64,000 nucleotides of DNA, from NCBI GenBank assembly GCA_040954595.2, contig CM082579.2, positions 988,922 to 1,052,921 on the forward strand, written 5' to 3'. Numbering within the stretch: the first letter of the stretch is position 1; every line of letters begins with the position of its first letter. Made by a program: the position numbers and the translations under genes. The notes below the pieces were generated by a model. The model did no database searches. It saw only the letters and a list, made by a program, of their open reading frames with translations, and was not told the origin of the DNA. Source of the DNA: Balanoglossus misakiensis. Lineage: Eukaryota; Animalia; Hemichordata. Shown here in pieces: positions 41,001 through 53,584 of the stretch.

Positions 41001-44000
41001 GCTGATAAATCATTGGCTCTTTGAAGGTACAGAGGAACTTTTGGCAATGTTTGTCTGTTCTGTAGGATCAACTACAGATTTTTATTCTAAAGTTTGAGTA
41101 GACTGTTAATGGCTGTACACGATCGAACGCTCATGAACTATGTTCATGTACAGGTCCACTGTTCTGCAGGTGCATGTATATTGCGAAAAAGTTGGTCTGG
41201 CAGATCACCGTGGTGTAGTTGAGACAAACTGTGATGCATAAAACTCGCCTTGACTATCTATTATGAAAAATGCCCAACCACTCATCATACTTTAATACAT
41301 ACATGTCTGAACACCGACAGACATACATTGTAATCTAGAAAATTACCTAGGGATTCCTCTTGCCCTTTTGGAGCTGGCTCATTTTGTTAGACAAACTACC
41401 TTCATTATTTTACAGCTGCAGTAAATTTCTGTCTTTTATGAGTGTCTTGGTCCAGGGCACATAACAATGAATAATAAGTTTTAACGGGAGATAAATTTCA
41501 GTGAATACATCATAGTTACCATCATCCCATCTTATCAGAATAGATCGTTTCATGTGATATCCATTACCAAATTTTCAGGCTCTTAAATTTTTATAATGTA
41601 TAGCTCTCTGTTCCTGCTCTACTCCATGTCAAAAAGCATGTCATATCTTTTCATAAATTCCATTTCAGCTGCTTCTCTATATTACTAAGAACACTGAGCT
41701 GTAATGGTGATAAAAATCTTGTCATTAATGTCACATTGTGTAATATGTGACTGATGGTGAATGCAGGTACTCAGTTATTTCAGTTGTACCTTGAAAACTC
41801 TCAATACATTTGATGATTGTTTCAGTTCATGAGAAAGTCGGTCACTCTTTTTATTTTGCGGCCAAAAAGCCAAAACCATTTACACAGTAGCTTCGTTTAC
41901 CCTTCCATGACAACTGATTGGAATAACTGTTACTGTTTTCATTTGTATTCTTGGATGTATGTACATAGTGGAGTGAAGGTGGTGTACAAGTATGCAATGA
42001 TTGACAAGTTAAACCTTCCCTTGTTTTCCCTAAGCAACGGTTCTGTTTTCCTCTTAAGTCGTACAACAAATTTGACTTGCATTTTGCAAAACCACTGAGC
42101 AAAGATGACATGATGATGTCATTGATTACTCAAGTCAGTCGCATACACCCAGTAGTCAAACAAGTTCATGTCTTTGAACACAGTGACTGTTTACCAAGCT
42201 TAAGTACCTTGAACTAGGTCACCACAGTTCAAGAGTAGAATAAGTCAAGAATTATGTTCTTAAAATCTGTTTTGATACTGAGTTAATAAAGTTAACAATA
42301 CTGAGGAATGTTAACAGTAAGTTGAAGACATTTTGCAAATTCGAAATGCCACTTTAAGGATGGCTAGGGAAAGTGTTAAAAAACAGGATGACAAAAGAAC
42401 TTAAGTCTCTAAACACAAGTAAATATCACTCCTTCTGAGAATGTCAGGGCTGAATACTTTGTGGAATTAGCATCTGTACTCGTCCTTGTGGTTCTGACCT
42501 TCCAGAGAGTACAAACCTTTGGGGTTAGGAATAATGCCATGCCAATCAAAACAGGTGCTGTCAACCATGCAAAACATGTAAGAACCTACTTGTGACAACC
42601 ATGCATATCAAAAACTATACATTTATGCAACAAGTGTCATTTCTGATTGATTGCGTGTCTGATGAATAATGCAAGATACATAGATATAAGACCCCAAAAA
42701 GCTCAAACCATGAACACAAATGTGCTGGTGTAGCAGCTCAAATTTCATCACCTACAAAATTCCCAGAAAAAAAGTGGTTGTTATTGCTGGTGCCAATTCA
42801 TGCAAAGAAATTTGATGAAATGCTTGTCAACATCTTCGTAGTCCACTGGTTTTCTTGTTTGTTTTTCTCTTGTACTGTGTTTGTGTCTTTTGAGGCATTT
42901 TTGTCATGGTTGGCTGCAGAAGTGGAATCTACAAAGTCCCATTCCTCTTATCTATACACGGCTAGTCTTTTTGGAGCAGAAATACTGAAGGATTTAAATA
43001 CATGATATAATATAGGATTTAAAAAACTGATGAAACTTGAAGTAATTTTCTTTATTCCACTGTGTGTTAACCGCCGAAGCACAGACTGTGAACTGAATCA
43101 GTCAGCAGACACACAGACTGTAATGTACTTGTTAAAAGAAGGTGATGTGATATATAGCTCTGGTATGTTTTGACACTGCACTGTCAGCTTTGCACACCCA
43201 TAGGGATATCCCTCTACACATATTATGTCTCCTGACATTTGTGGTCTATTTGTCTGATGACAACTGCAGGTGACTGACTCACATACAACTACTAACCATT
43301 CCGAAAACTTTAATAAAAACTGTGATTCATCAACTTTTATTGCTTCCAATATCACACATTTTTCTCAACAGGGAATTCAGTAGATGATACATCATGGTAG
43401 ATATCAACAACATCTCCCCAACCTGTCAAACACAGTATTTCTCTGTCCAGGATTCACATGTGGTTTTGTCTCAAGTCTGTTGTAGAATGTCAACAACCTC
43501 TAACTCAACCATACTTCCTCAGAAGTAACTTTCATCAACTGTTTTAACCTTTCAACTTTCTTAATAAGCCATGATACCAACAACTTTTGTCTGTTTCGTT
43601 TTGTGCCAATGGACTGAACGTAACAAAAGACCTTTTCGACGATTACAAACCAGTCATTGTTGAGGACTTCAACACACATGACACAACTTCAACACCCCTA
43701 CAGCATTATAGCTTACTCATAAAAGTCCCCTATGAATCAAACTGGAGAGGTTTGGGAAGTTGTCGAGTGTATAATGCATGGAGACCCCTCGGAGAACCTC
43801 TGTTACCATGGTTACCATGGATAAATAAGCCCAGTGATTTAGCACTGGCAGTGTGACATTTGACATCAGACACTTTTCGGTCATCAATGGTTTCCTCTTC
43901 TCATTCAAGTTTTAATGGGCGCCGTTGACAACCGAGTGACCACAACAATAGATGACAAGTGATGATGTCATCATTGATTTATAACTGCAGACAACTGTAA

Positions 44001-47000
44001 TTCATTTGCTCCGTTGTTTTCCTCTTTTGGGATTTGAATTACGGGGAGGACATGGTGCCTGAATGCTGTAACCACAATCCACATTAGAGACATTCACATC
44101 ACCTGTTTTTATGGCGTACAGACGCAAGGTCATCAATAGTTCATTTTTATTGCTGTGTATTCTTAGCTGTCTCTGCCTTTAACCTTTTTTACACAACAGT
44201 TATAGGTGATCTGAGGAGGCAAAGCTCTTTCCCCATTATAAAGATATCTGACAACAACCATACATTTTTATGTTTACAAGAAGGACTGCGGTCATAGTTA
44301 TTTGAAGAGAAACATAAGTTTGCTGTTAAAGCAGTCAGTGACCTGTCTATGACACAGTTAGCTTGAACAGCCTCTTCAATCGGGCTCTAAATATCCTGTT
44401 TCAGGTTTGATCTGTTTATGGAAAAAGACAAAAGCACTTTTCCCTGTTGAAAGAATTTTCCTGTTTGTTTTTGCTTTGTAATACTGTTTTGTTTTTCTTG
44501 AGGCAGGTTTATAAACCTGTGATTTAATTTTTAGTCTTATAGGGCTCAATCCCATTAATCTGCTAAATATTAAATCACGCTCATTTGCAGAATGTCACGC
44601 TATGCTTTAATATTGTAGAGTATACATGATGTGATGCGTTTTATTCTGCAGCAGTAATTTCATGAGTGCAGCCACTTAAAGTATACCAGAATATCCTGCA
44701 TTACAGACGGAGAGAAAATGAAACCTTCATTATTAACAGTATTAGCCGACTGAAGAAACATTTTTCATGAGGGAATCTGAAAAGTGAAAGTAATCCACTT
44801 GGCTTGTGCATCCTGATTTATGGAATATATTGTCAGAGGGGGTTTCGAAGTCAAAACATAACAGGAAGTATTTTCTTCCAGCTAAAGGAGCTGTTGCTAT
44901 AGTAACCTCGTATTCCCATCTTTGCTCTAGGGCATGAAATGTCGAGAGAGAAAAACAGAAAGAAGAGAAAACTGACTGGTTGAATTTTATAGGATAGTAG
45001 AAATGTGGGTCCTGCAGGGTGAACGTGCAAATGCTTTGATAGACTGGCATCACATTGTGTAATAACATTTACGTAGAAATCTGGTACAACTTTTTGACCC
45101 CAAGATAAATGACTGAAGTCAGTGAAATGTCTCTGAATAGCTGAGCTTTTATGTAAATGGGAATAAACATGCTTTGATACGAGGTACATGTATGTCAACA
45201 GCCAGTCAAAAAGTTCAGTGAAATTTTAAAAGCCAAGGAAACAGTGAAGCTTTCTTATCATGTGGTGCTTAATTCCAACTGAAAAAGTTCTAAATTCACA
45301 GCAATACCAATCTGATTAAAATCAGAGGTAGGGTACAGTGACGTCACATTAGTGTGAGGTGACAGCATAAGAATACCGCACCGCGTACCCTACATCTGAT
45401 TTTTATCAGATTGAGCAATACCAGTCTCACGCTTGATTTATGGCCAAACACAATATTAAACATTACTGAACTGTTCTCGGTATGGGGTTCCCTTCAGTCT
45501 ATTAAATCATGACATTCAGTAAGGAATGCAGAATGAATATTGCAATTTACAAGTACATGTTGATATCAATGGAAGCAATGATGAAAGTGATGCAGTCAAG
45601 GATTGCTGTAGGTACAACAGTTGATTGATCTGGACCCGAGTTGTCAGTTATCACTGACTTGCAATGTATTGGGATAATCATGGCAAATCGGTCATCAGGA
45701 AATTGATTTTGTGTTGATGAAATCTGTGTCAATTTGAAGAACAAGCTGGAACAAATCACAGCAGCCTTGGGTGTGTTTTGTCAAGGATGTAAGCAATAAG
45801 AGCTTTGATGAAGCTAGGTTTTCCGATCTGAAAGGTTCCTCACAGAATGACTCTAATGAATTTCTTTGAGGATTTTCGTGGAATTTTCTGAAAGGCAAGT
45901 ACGAGCTACATCCATAAAGCCACTCAACGCTATTGTGAAGGGGTGTTTCAGGGTTCACAGATTCTGTGGTGAAAACATACAAACATGACTTGCATTGAAA
46001 ATGAAGTCAATGCAACACAAAAGAGAATGGAAATCGCAGATCCTTGCTTTTGATATTAAAAGTCATTCAAAGAGAGGATTTCAATTTCCAATCTCAGTTC
46101 GTTTCACATTTGTAAATGAGTTCTGATATTCAGATTATTACTTGTTACAGTAATCTCTTCCTTGGACAGTGCTAGATAGTTTCAAGGTACTCTTTAAGTG
46201 TTACAGTGTCATCACAATCAATTTTTCTCTTTTAGGCCCAGAAAGTGATATCATCAGTTAACGAAATTTTAATAACCCTTTTGCCACAATGGTTTGGTCT
46301 GAATCATTGGATCTCTTCTGAGAGATACATATGGTAGAAAGGTTAAGCCAATTAATTTAAAAGGGGCTACAACATTCTTATTATTCCCTGACAATGCATA
46401 AAATAAAAGTACTGAGTAATGAGAACAGACAAGTTAAAATGTTAGACGTCTTGAATCTGTCATAAAGTGCGGTTCACATCAGGAAATTAACACCAGCCCA
46501 AAATAACCAATGTGGGTATGTTCATTTGTTATCTATGTCGGACTAGTGCCAGGCTAGTGCTGTTTGGAATAGATAGACACACATAGACAGACAGACACAC
46601 GCGCATACACACACACACACAGATCCATACATATACTAAATAGGATCTTAAACTGGCAATGCTCAACTCTCATGCCACTCCCACTGACTGTAATTCATTC
46701 AACCTTGTTCAGTGATGCAGGTCATCTCAAAAAGTTCACTTAAGACCACTGGCCTGATGGAAAACCAAAACCAGAATTAAGACCAGTAGCACAAATGGAG
46801 ATTATCACTCTCCTTGAAAACCGTGCTGTATGTGTACTTGCATTTTATTACTGGAACATCATTTTTATTGACACTATACGGTCACACCAAGGCAAGCAGT
46901 CAAAGCAAACGCTTGAAATAAAACACATTCATCAATGGCTAGTTTCAGTGTCCACAAATTCCAGAAATGCAGTCTTGCATAGAGCACACTCGTACAAATC

Positions 47001-50000
47001 ACTGTAACAGGTGAAGTTGGAATCTTGTTATGGATCTATAACCACTGGGGCTTAAAGTTCACGTAAAGTTAAGCCAAGCTGAAATCTTCTAAACATTAAG
47101 CAACACAGTTAAATGTAATGTACATACACATGTACAAATATAAAAGACTACCGGTACTAGTGTTTCCTGTTTGAATAAAATTTCTGTTCAGATAAAAGAG
47201 AGTTATGCCAGAGATCAGATTATCCAACCCACAGTTACTGGGACCGCTTTATTTTCTGACCCTTTTTCGATGTTTTTCTTTCTCGATAACTGTTTCCAAA
47301 AGCTATGTTTGTTAACTCCAATATTTAAGGTTTTAGGCAACTATATCGAAAGTGAACTTTCCATCATACTTGTGCAGAAATCGGTCATTTGCTGTACGTG
47401 TTTAGCTGGCTTCTTTGCTACATGCACTTACTGCCACCAGCAGAGCACTCAGTCAGTATAGCACTTTGTAGTGAAACTTCATGTATAAGGCAGCAATACT
47501 GAACTTGCCAAATCGATCCTGGCATGGCATCTAGTCAGAAGGATAGTGCATTTGAGGAGACAAGTGAGATGGCTACGAGAGTCTCTTCAACACATAGTGA
47601 ACAGTTGAAAACTATATTGTACAGAAAAACAAAACACTCAGAGGTACAACAGTAACACTTAGCTGGAGACCTTGTAACACTTATCTCGAGTACTTTAATT
47701 TCATTCACACCGGAAACTCATGCAGATGACACACTGTGTCAGTGTGCATAGGAATTTCTCCATTGCTTCGCCCCGAAAATGCAGAGTATTTTTTGGTCCA
47801 CCTAATCAATTTATTATAAGTTTTAGCTTCTTAACTTGTAGTTTTTTTTAAAACATTTCTTCTCTCAAAAGACATCACTGCCAGAACATATTTTTTTCTT
47901 AGAGGATAATATGAAAGTTTGTGTTCCAGGGCCTTAAGACACTAAGAGTGTCTATGTATCCCATAATGCAACAGTTGAGTATGGAAATTTGCCACTTTCT
48001 TGCATGGTGAATGTCCTGAGTAGGTTATTCAATGTAGGATCTGTCGTATAGAGCATTCAACTTCAAACAGTCTACTGGTTGATCTGTAATGATACTTCAT
48101 ATAGTGCATTCACACAGAAATGAAGCCAATCATTGGAAGCTACTAAAGACTCTTCCATTGCAAGATACTCGATCAACTCTCATTCACCTCCAAGCTTCCT
48201 AATTTCCTTTCCTCATTCCTGACTCACTGTTGTCTTTTCTGAAATTCAATGCATTTATTCACTGCTTTGCAGCTAAAACGTGATCGCGATGTACAAACCA
48301 GTGTCATTTACATGTAATAAGCCTAATGGTATGTCAATGTGACCTAGCACGTATGTGGTATGCTGGTCAGGGTCAATGTGACCCGTAGCCGCGGTGACAG
48401 GTCAGGGCCAATGTGACCTTTAGCTGCAATGACTGGTCGGGGTCAATGTGCTACTGGTATGTCAACTTGTAGTCTGTACATGTATACAAATATATAACTG
48501 TGTACGTGGAAATACCAAGGTGTTGGAATTTATTATTTCATCAGATTATAGACAAGTTACTGAGCAGCTGATAAAGTGCCAACATGCAGAGGTTGATTTG
48601 TCAGCTGTGGAAGCGAGAGGTTTGACTGAATTGCGACAGAAACTCATTTCAACACTCCTGGCTGGGCAACCACACAAGTATCTGCAGCATGGTGTTGTAT
48701 TTACATGAGTGGGTTTGCATTTGTGTTGCATTGTGTTTGAGTAATGACATCACCCATAGCCTTTTAGACAAACATAATGATCGCCAATTATAAAGTTTTA
48801 TCTGTGTCTAATTGGCTTTTTTTGAATGCTGAAATTTTGTTTCCTTTGAATCGGTGAACAATGCATCGAGGAAATTGGTACTGAGTAGTCAATGCTGGGA
48901 GGGTTGCAGTGTCTAATTAGCCATACAAGTCGATTCTCTGGTGGAATGTTCAATGCAAATTTCATCCTCCAACTGTTAGCAGACAATGTGGGGTTCTTTA
49001 AAAATGCCATGGAACAAAGCAAACTGCAGATCAGCAAGCCTTGTCACATCCTGTCCCAGTTCAAATCATTGATGGGATTTGTGTTTAAAACCAGTGGTAA
49101 CTTACTGAATATTGTTTTTACAAATACCAAATGTACAAAAACAATATTATTATTGGGCTGATGAAGTCATGACTTATAGCACAGTCATATGCATGAAACT
49201 ATTATGTATTCTGGTGTGTGTACACTCAGGTAGTTGCAAAAAGAATATGATAGTCATAACAACAATTTGTGTTGTTCAATTATATTTGCCAGAACCAATA
49301 CAAACAACAACCTGAATACTTTGTTTCCTGTGGGACTTGCTACTTGTAAAGTACAATCAATACACATCAATAATTATAAGTCTTCTCCCTTAAAACTCAT
49401 TCTGTTTAGTGAAAATTTCCAACTAATAGTTTCACTGAGAACAAATAACTGTGTGTAACAGGAAACTCCCATGGCCTGAGGGTTTTGGGTGTACACACCT
49501 GATCATAATTTGGAACAGAAAGAACCAAGCATTCCAGGAGTTGTTTAGCTGACAGCAATTCATGCATTCAATTCAGACAAAACTGTAAACGTTTGGCACA
49601 ATGCAATTTTTTACAACTTGGGAAATTGAAAAAAATATATGTTAATAATCTGCTGGAAATCAGAGAAAAGTTGCTCAGACTAAGAACTGTAACTAGCAAT
49701 AGTTATTGTTTGGATATCTTGCTCAGTGATCACGCAGTCTGCACAAAGATATTCGGCTCAAGATTCACCATATGCCTTATAATTTTACCATCCCAGTATC
49801 TTCTATTATTTATGGGGTTAAACGATGACGCATGCAGAGTTACAAGAAAAGAAGTGTAACAATGATACAACAAAGACATGCAACAGGGTTTTAACAAAAT
49901 GTGTGACAAGGTTGTAACAAAGTGGCGCAGTGGTTATGACAAAGCGTCACATAGCTAGCATGATGTAAGTCTACACTGTTGCTATGGAAACCATAAGGAC

Positions 50001-53000
50001 TGTTCAGCTTTTTGCTAGTGTCTCAACACTCTAGTCAGATGCATTGTAGGTACCTGGACAGTGACTTTCGCATTACCTGGTTTGATAAATGGAACTTTGC
50101 CTGGATGATGATTTTGCATTAAGCTGTCGTGATATTACCCAGGGGCCTAGTACTCAGCGACTTTTCAAGATGAAATTTCAACTTTACGCTTCGGTGTGAG
50201 TGAAGTTACGTGCAAAAGAAATAATTGATTAATAATGATATAAATTGCAATAAGGATAATATCTGACACCAGTCGTTACTTGTAATTTCACCATTTTGTC
50301 ATTCCTGCTGACTCCTGCAGGTCAATTTGCAAAAATGTCAAAGATGGAGCAGTGGAAGTCAAAGATGTGAAAATCAGCGACATCAGTCTGCCAATTAAAG
50401 ATGCTTTCAAGATATGATTACGGAAATGTTGGATCACCTCCGGTAATTCCTTACATCAACAGCCAGCAAAGGATAATCTTATCTACCTGTGAAAACAAGG
50501 CTAGGCCACATACACAAAGAAAGTGCCAATGGCAAGAACATCCACTTTTAAAAATAATCTCATTGGGACTCAGCTGTGAGTTAAAAACATTGATAAAAAA
50601 ATATTGAGGACTTGAGTAAACCAATTCAAATATAATGTAAAGAAGATTACTATCGCATGAACTCAGGTAACGTTGCCAAGGACAGCCATCTGCAAATTGA
50701 CTTTTTCTATCTAATTAGTGTAAAATATTCACTCAGATACAGCGATCTGATGTTGTCCTTGGTTTTCTGTTACGTTAAGTAATTTGGGAATAATTTATTC
50801 TCAGCTGCTAACATCTCTCTGATGAAGATTTTATATGGATAAACGTACACAGGTTTTTCTGTTTTGTCTCAATGTGCTCTCTCAGAGAAAAACTGAACAA
50901 AACGAGGTGTATTTTTCAGATCAACATGTACGTCATGTAATAGAAAAAGTGATATTGATCATTTTCCCCAGAATGTGATCAGAAAGTCGATGAGAAAACA
51001 GCTGTCACACAGTTATGAATGAATGTAATAAAGATTGATATTAAGTTTTAGCCAGGTTTTTTTGACAAATGCTATAAATTTGAATTTATGGATCTTATCA
51101 GGTGATTCTAGTCAGAATTCCTTCCATACTCTGTACGCACCGTCAAGGGTTTTTAAAATTCTACAAATAGACAACAAAATTGTTTTTATATAATGTACAG
51201 AGCCAGCACTGAGATAAACAATAGATCGCTTTTAAAAATTAAACAACATCAATTTTGTCTGCTACTAGCTCTTGTGGACAGAAAGTACAAAATGGAAAGC
51301 CTTGGTTTAATCTCTGGAAAAACCGTATTTGTTGGCAAAAGTACAATGTACTTAATTTCCATGTGGCTGGACACAATCTTCCCCAGAGCAGACATTGAGT
51401 CAAAGATATTATTTTCTTGAAGGACAGCATCTCTCATGCAGAAGAAACAAGTTCCCCTTGAGCTAAAAAAACACCTTTGTGGTGAGTCCATGTAATATTC
51501 ATGGCGACTTGTGCCCTTTCGAGACAGTGTCATGCATAGCTTACTGGTAATGACTGAATTCAACATCTTCTAGAAGAAACATCATCCTCTGATCTGGCAG
51601 ATAGAACGCATTCAGTTACATTCAGTAACTTAATCTAAACTGCATGTACCCAAATTGAAAAGATAATACTATCTTAAGGGAAAAGGTTGAAAATTTAACC
51701 AGTGGCATGGCCCATTTTCATAGTTAGATTTTCATATTTCAAATTAATATATTTATAGAATAAAACCTATGTAAACCAGACACCTAAGGGACTAAAGAAA
51801 CTGTTCAGTTTGCAGAAGTGTCCATTTTATGCAGGTTCTTTTAACATGCTGTTCTATGTGCAAGGGACTGGAAAAAGTGTTCAGTATAGACAAGTTTCCA
51901 GATTAGATAGGGTTCAGTTGAGACAGATATTACTGTACTATAAACCCAACACCAGAATGAGTTGTTTTCCCCTCAGTTTTGTAACTCAGAGTTAGACGAC
52001 AGAATTGGCTAGCTCAATGGCGCCAATGGGGCACTTAGAACTGGTCAAGTCAAGGAGAGAACTGGGATCAAGAATAAAATTTATGTTTCCGATTCAAAAT
52101 GTTCTTTGCTCTTCAACTGAACGGCTGATGACAGATTGTTTACACATGCAGCCTTATCGAGAGGAAAAGTGATGAGAAAGATAACAGTCACAGCAGAAAA
52201 CATGAATATGTAACATAACACAATGCCCACATCATCGATCTTATGAAAGCAGAATTGCTGCGATGTAAATTGACACAGCAGAATAATTACTTCTGTTCCC
52301 CAAACACACGCCTGTCCAATAACATCACCTGTTATTATTTTATGGCTTTACATGTTAATGTTTGTCTTGGGACAAGTGTAGGCAATTAAACTAATGAGGC
52401 ACAAAACTTGCCTGTGTGCAATTTTTCATTGGGCAGACTGCAGCTTTCCAAGATGACAAGTAGAAGGTTGACAACTGGCCTCTCTTTATGTACTGGACAG
52501 TGGACATGGCATCTAGAAAGTGCATGATGCGCTTCACCATGGTTACTGGTAACCACCGTTACCAGTAACCATGGTTTCACCATCTTTGGTGGTGTGTGAG
52601 TATTGTTGGTGGAGTATACAGATTATTGGAACTACAATAGAGATGTCTGTTTCTATAACTTTATTACTTACATGTATCAGTGTATAACTAAAATCATTTC
52701 TGTGTGGAATACTGGTCAACACCAGTAAATAAATGTGGAAAGACATTGAGCGATGCGCAATCTGCTGGGGTTAAAGTCCAAGGCTAGTGCATGGAGAGTT
52801 ATTCTAAAAGTCCTCCCGCAAAATGTGATAAACTTGATCTAATATAGCTCATCTTGGTAGGAAAGTTTCAGATTACTTATCAGAGGCTGACTAATAACAA
52901 CTCATCCAGAAAGGATTGAATTCAGCTACTGAATACAATGATATGAAATCCATCCCACTGAAAAAGGCCACTGACATATCAATGTCAAGATCTTCGGAAG

Positions 53001-53584
53001 TATCACGCTTATTGAAACGGTGGATAGGATCATTGCCAACAGTGGTAATCAGTGGAGCGCATCTAAATAGCAATCACACAGTTGTATAGACTCTTAACTG
53101 TATGGTAATTATATGTATATAGGTAGAGGGGTGATGGTGTTGAGGTCGAAACAGGTGTGAGAAAACAAAGAATTTAACAGGGGATGAAGAGGTATTAGAA
53201 GGTATATAGAGAGTGTGTAAAAAGATGAGAAGATAATATATTTGAGGATTAAGGCTGATGTGGCCAGAGAAATGCCATTACATTACAAGACAAAATCAGC
53301 ACACCAACAGGCACACACAAGCACGCACACGCATGCATATATACCGGTACATACACTTTTATTGCATACCAAGAGCTTCTTTCAATCTGCACAACCTATA
53401 AATTCACAACTGAAAATTAACCTGACTCACCTTTAGGGACGGCAAATGGTCCTAAATCAAACTCTTGCAGACAGCGCAGGGCCACTTTGTGCAAAGTAGA
53501 TCTCTCCATCTCCGATAAGTAGAGTAATAATGTCTTCGTAAGTTGAACTGTACGACCACTCATACTGGTCCATCGGCAGTTACC
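29049..53584 (-). CDS. ARHGAP6: Rho GTPase-activating protein of the ARHGAP6/ARHGAP36 family; first coding exon not located
   Basis: Exons 53584-53431 (GNCRWTSMSGRTVQL...LSEMER...VPK), 37677-37561, 33924-33707 (VFGIPI), 33562-33317 (PQVPHVVTAC...GIFRVGGSKKR, arginine finger), 31063-30913 (HDVAALLKEFFRDLPEPLL), 30685-30534, 30402-30217 (GNKMDTHNLATLFGPNLL), 30100-30000, 29886-29049 (ends ETLV*). Phases are consistent throughout. Confidence 0.93.
31357..33051 (+). CDS. Intronless 564-aa predicted type II membrane or secreted protein with an SGNH/GDSL-hydrolase-like domain and a beta-rich C-terminal domain; nested antisense in a RhoGAP intron
   Basis: A 1695-nt ORF in AT-rich DNA with good start context (acaATG). 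Short basic N-tail followed by a hydrophobic segment. SGNH-like blocks RIGVVGSSMS, HNVAMDTGNS, DIILIEFAGVD and DGRNP. ATTAAA at 33243. It lies wholly inside host intron 31064-33316. The gene call is strong; the fold assignment is inferred from motifs. Confidence 0.88.
   Translation: MKLRQKYLVAMLLLLNAVAFIYLVIQNTKLHEHRAVKRYTEMFFSLAQMPQGASKRYDASKIDETGNHVPLSWRLVKNSEIIAPLYRKLFQIQGHLTGYINDYLEYENSEYGIDGSTLKYKSFAYEGNIGKLRSLLREVLYTGRKLRIGVVGSSMSMEKSCSTENIFGKCMYAETIARWMHLMTEAPVELHNVAMDTGNSEYYAWCIEPHLDISNMDIILIEFAGVDYDIQDVYIRNNYADTGRPLEELTRRILSQANEPFPIYINFPSIREIRNKNCINSEYYAQKLLAKHYSVTSVSWNGPFCTKLWHPKFLMSDVVDYDGRNPTPHVHKQMALLLVNTLRKIILQMVEKEIQNSQSDTSFVEQMIEDFYTFHSAADKINNPTSPNDEFASNFTTKLNSGTRKSLLQPLFKDTWLTGSQCWPASKPQLIKNHNLQLHGNTSWRYMEYDSRAWWESEGKNEQISFAFNINSKDRNNTAVVAIAKVSCVTCGQAIVWLDDNFSSATLVQAKYAHDMFIVEEVAWKVEPGKHILNVKNMENRLFQVSAVMVGFKQIPVLSGQDRK
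35719..35960. repeat. Degenerate tandem repeat, about 80-95 bp unit, about 3 copies
   Basis: The core ggtcaatgac(t/c)aac(c/t)gt occurs three times (about 35767, 35848, 35942). The flanking motifs ccatactggat and tgaaatcca each recur. Confidence 0.75.
45308..45413. mobile_element. 106-bp MITE with 29-bp TIRs and 8-bp TSD (hAT- or P-like)
   Basis: Left end caatctgattaaaatcagaggtagggtac and right end gtaccctacatctgatttttatcagattg are complementary at 27 of 29 positions. The direct repeat AGCAATAC flanks both ends (45300-45307 and 45414-45421). Confidence 0.9.
48327..48465. repeat. Degenerate minisatellite (about 36 bp, 4 copies) containing ERE-like palindromes
   Basis: Cores: tgtcaatgtgacct, ggtcagggtcaatgtgaccc, ggtcagggccaatgtgacct and ggtcggggtcaatgtgcta. 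Confidence 0.75.
52536..52575. repeat. Perfect inverted repeat with an 18-bp stem and 4-nt loop
   Basis: accatggttactggtaac-cacc-gttaccagtaaccatggt. Confidence 0.95.
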
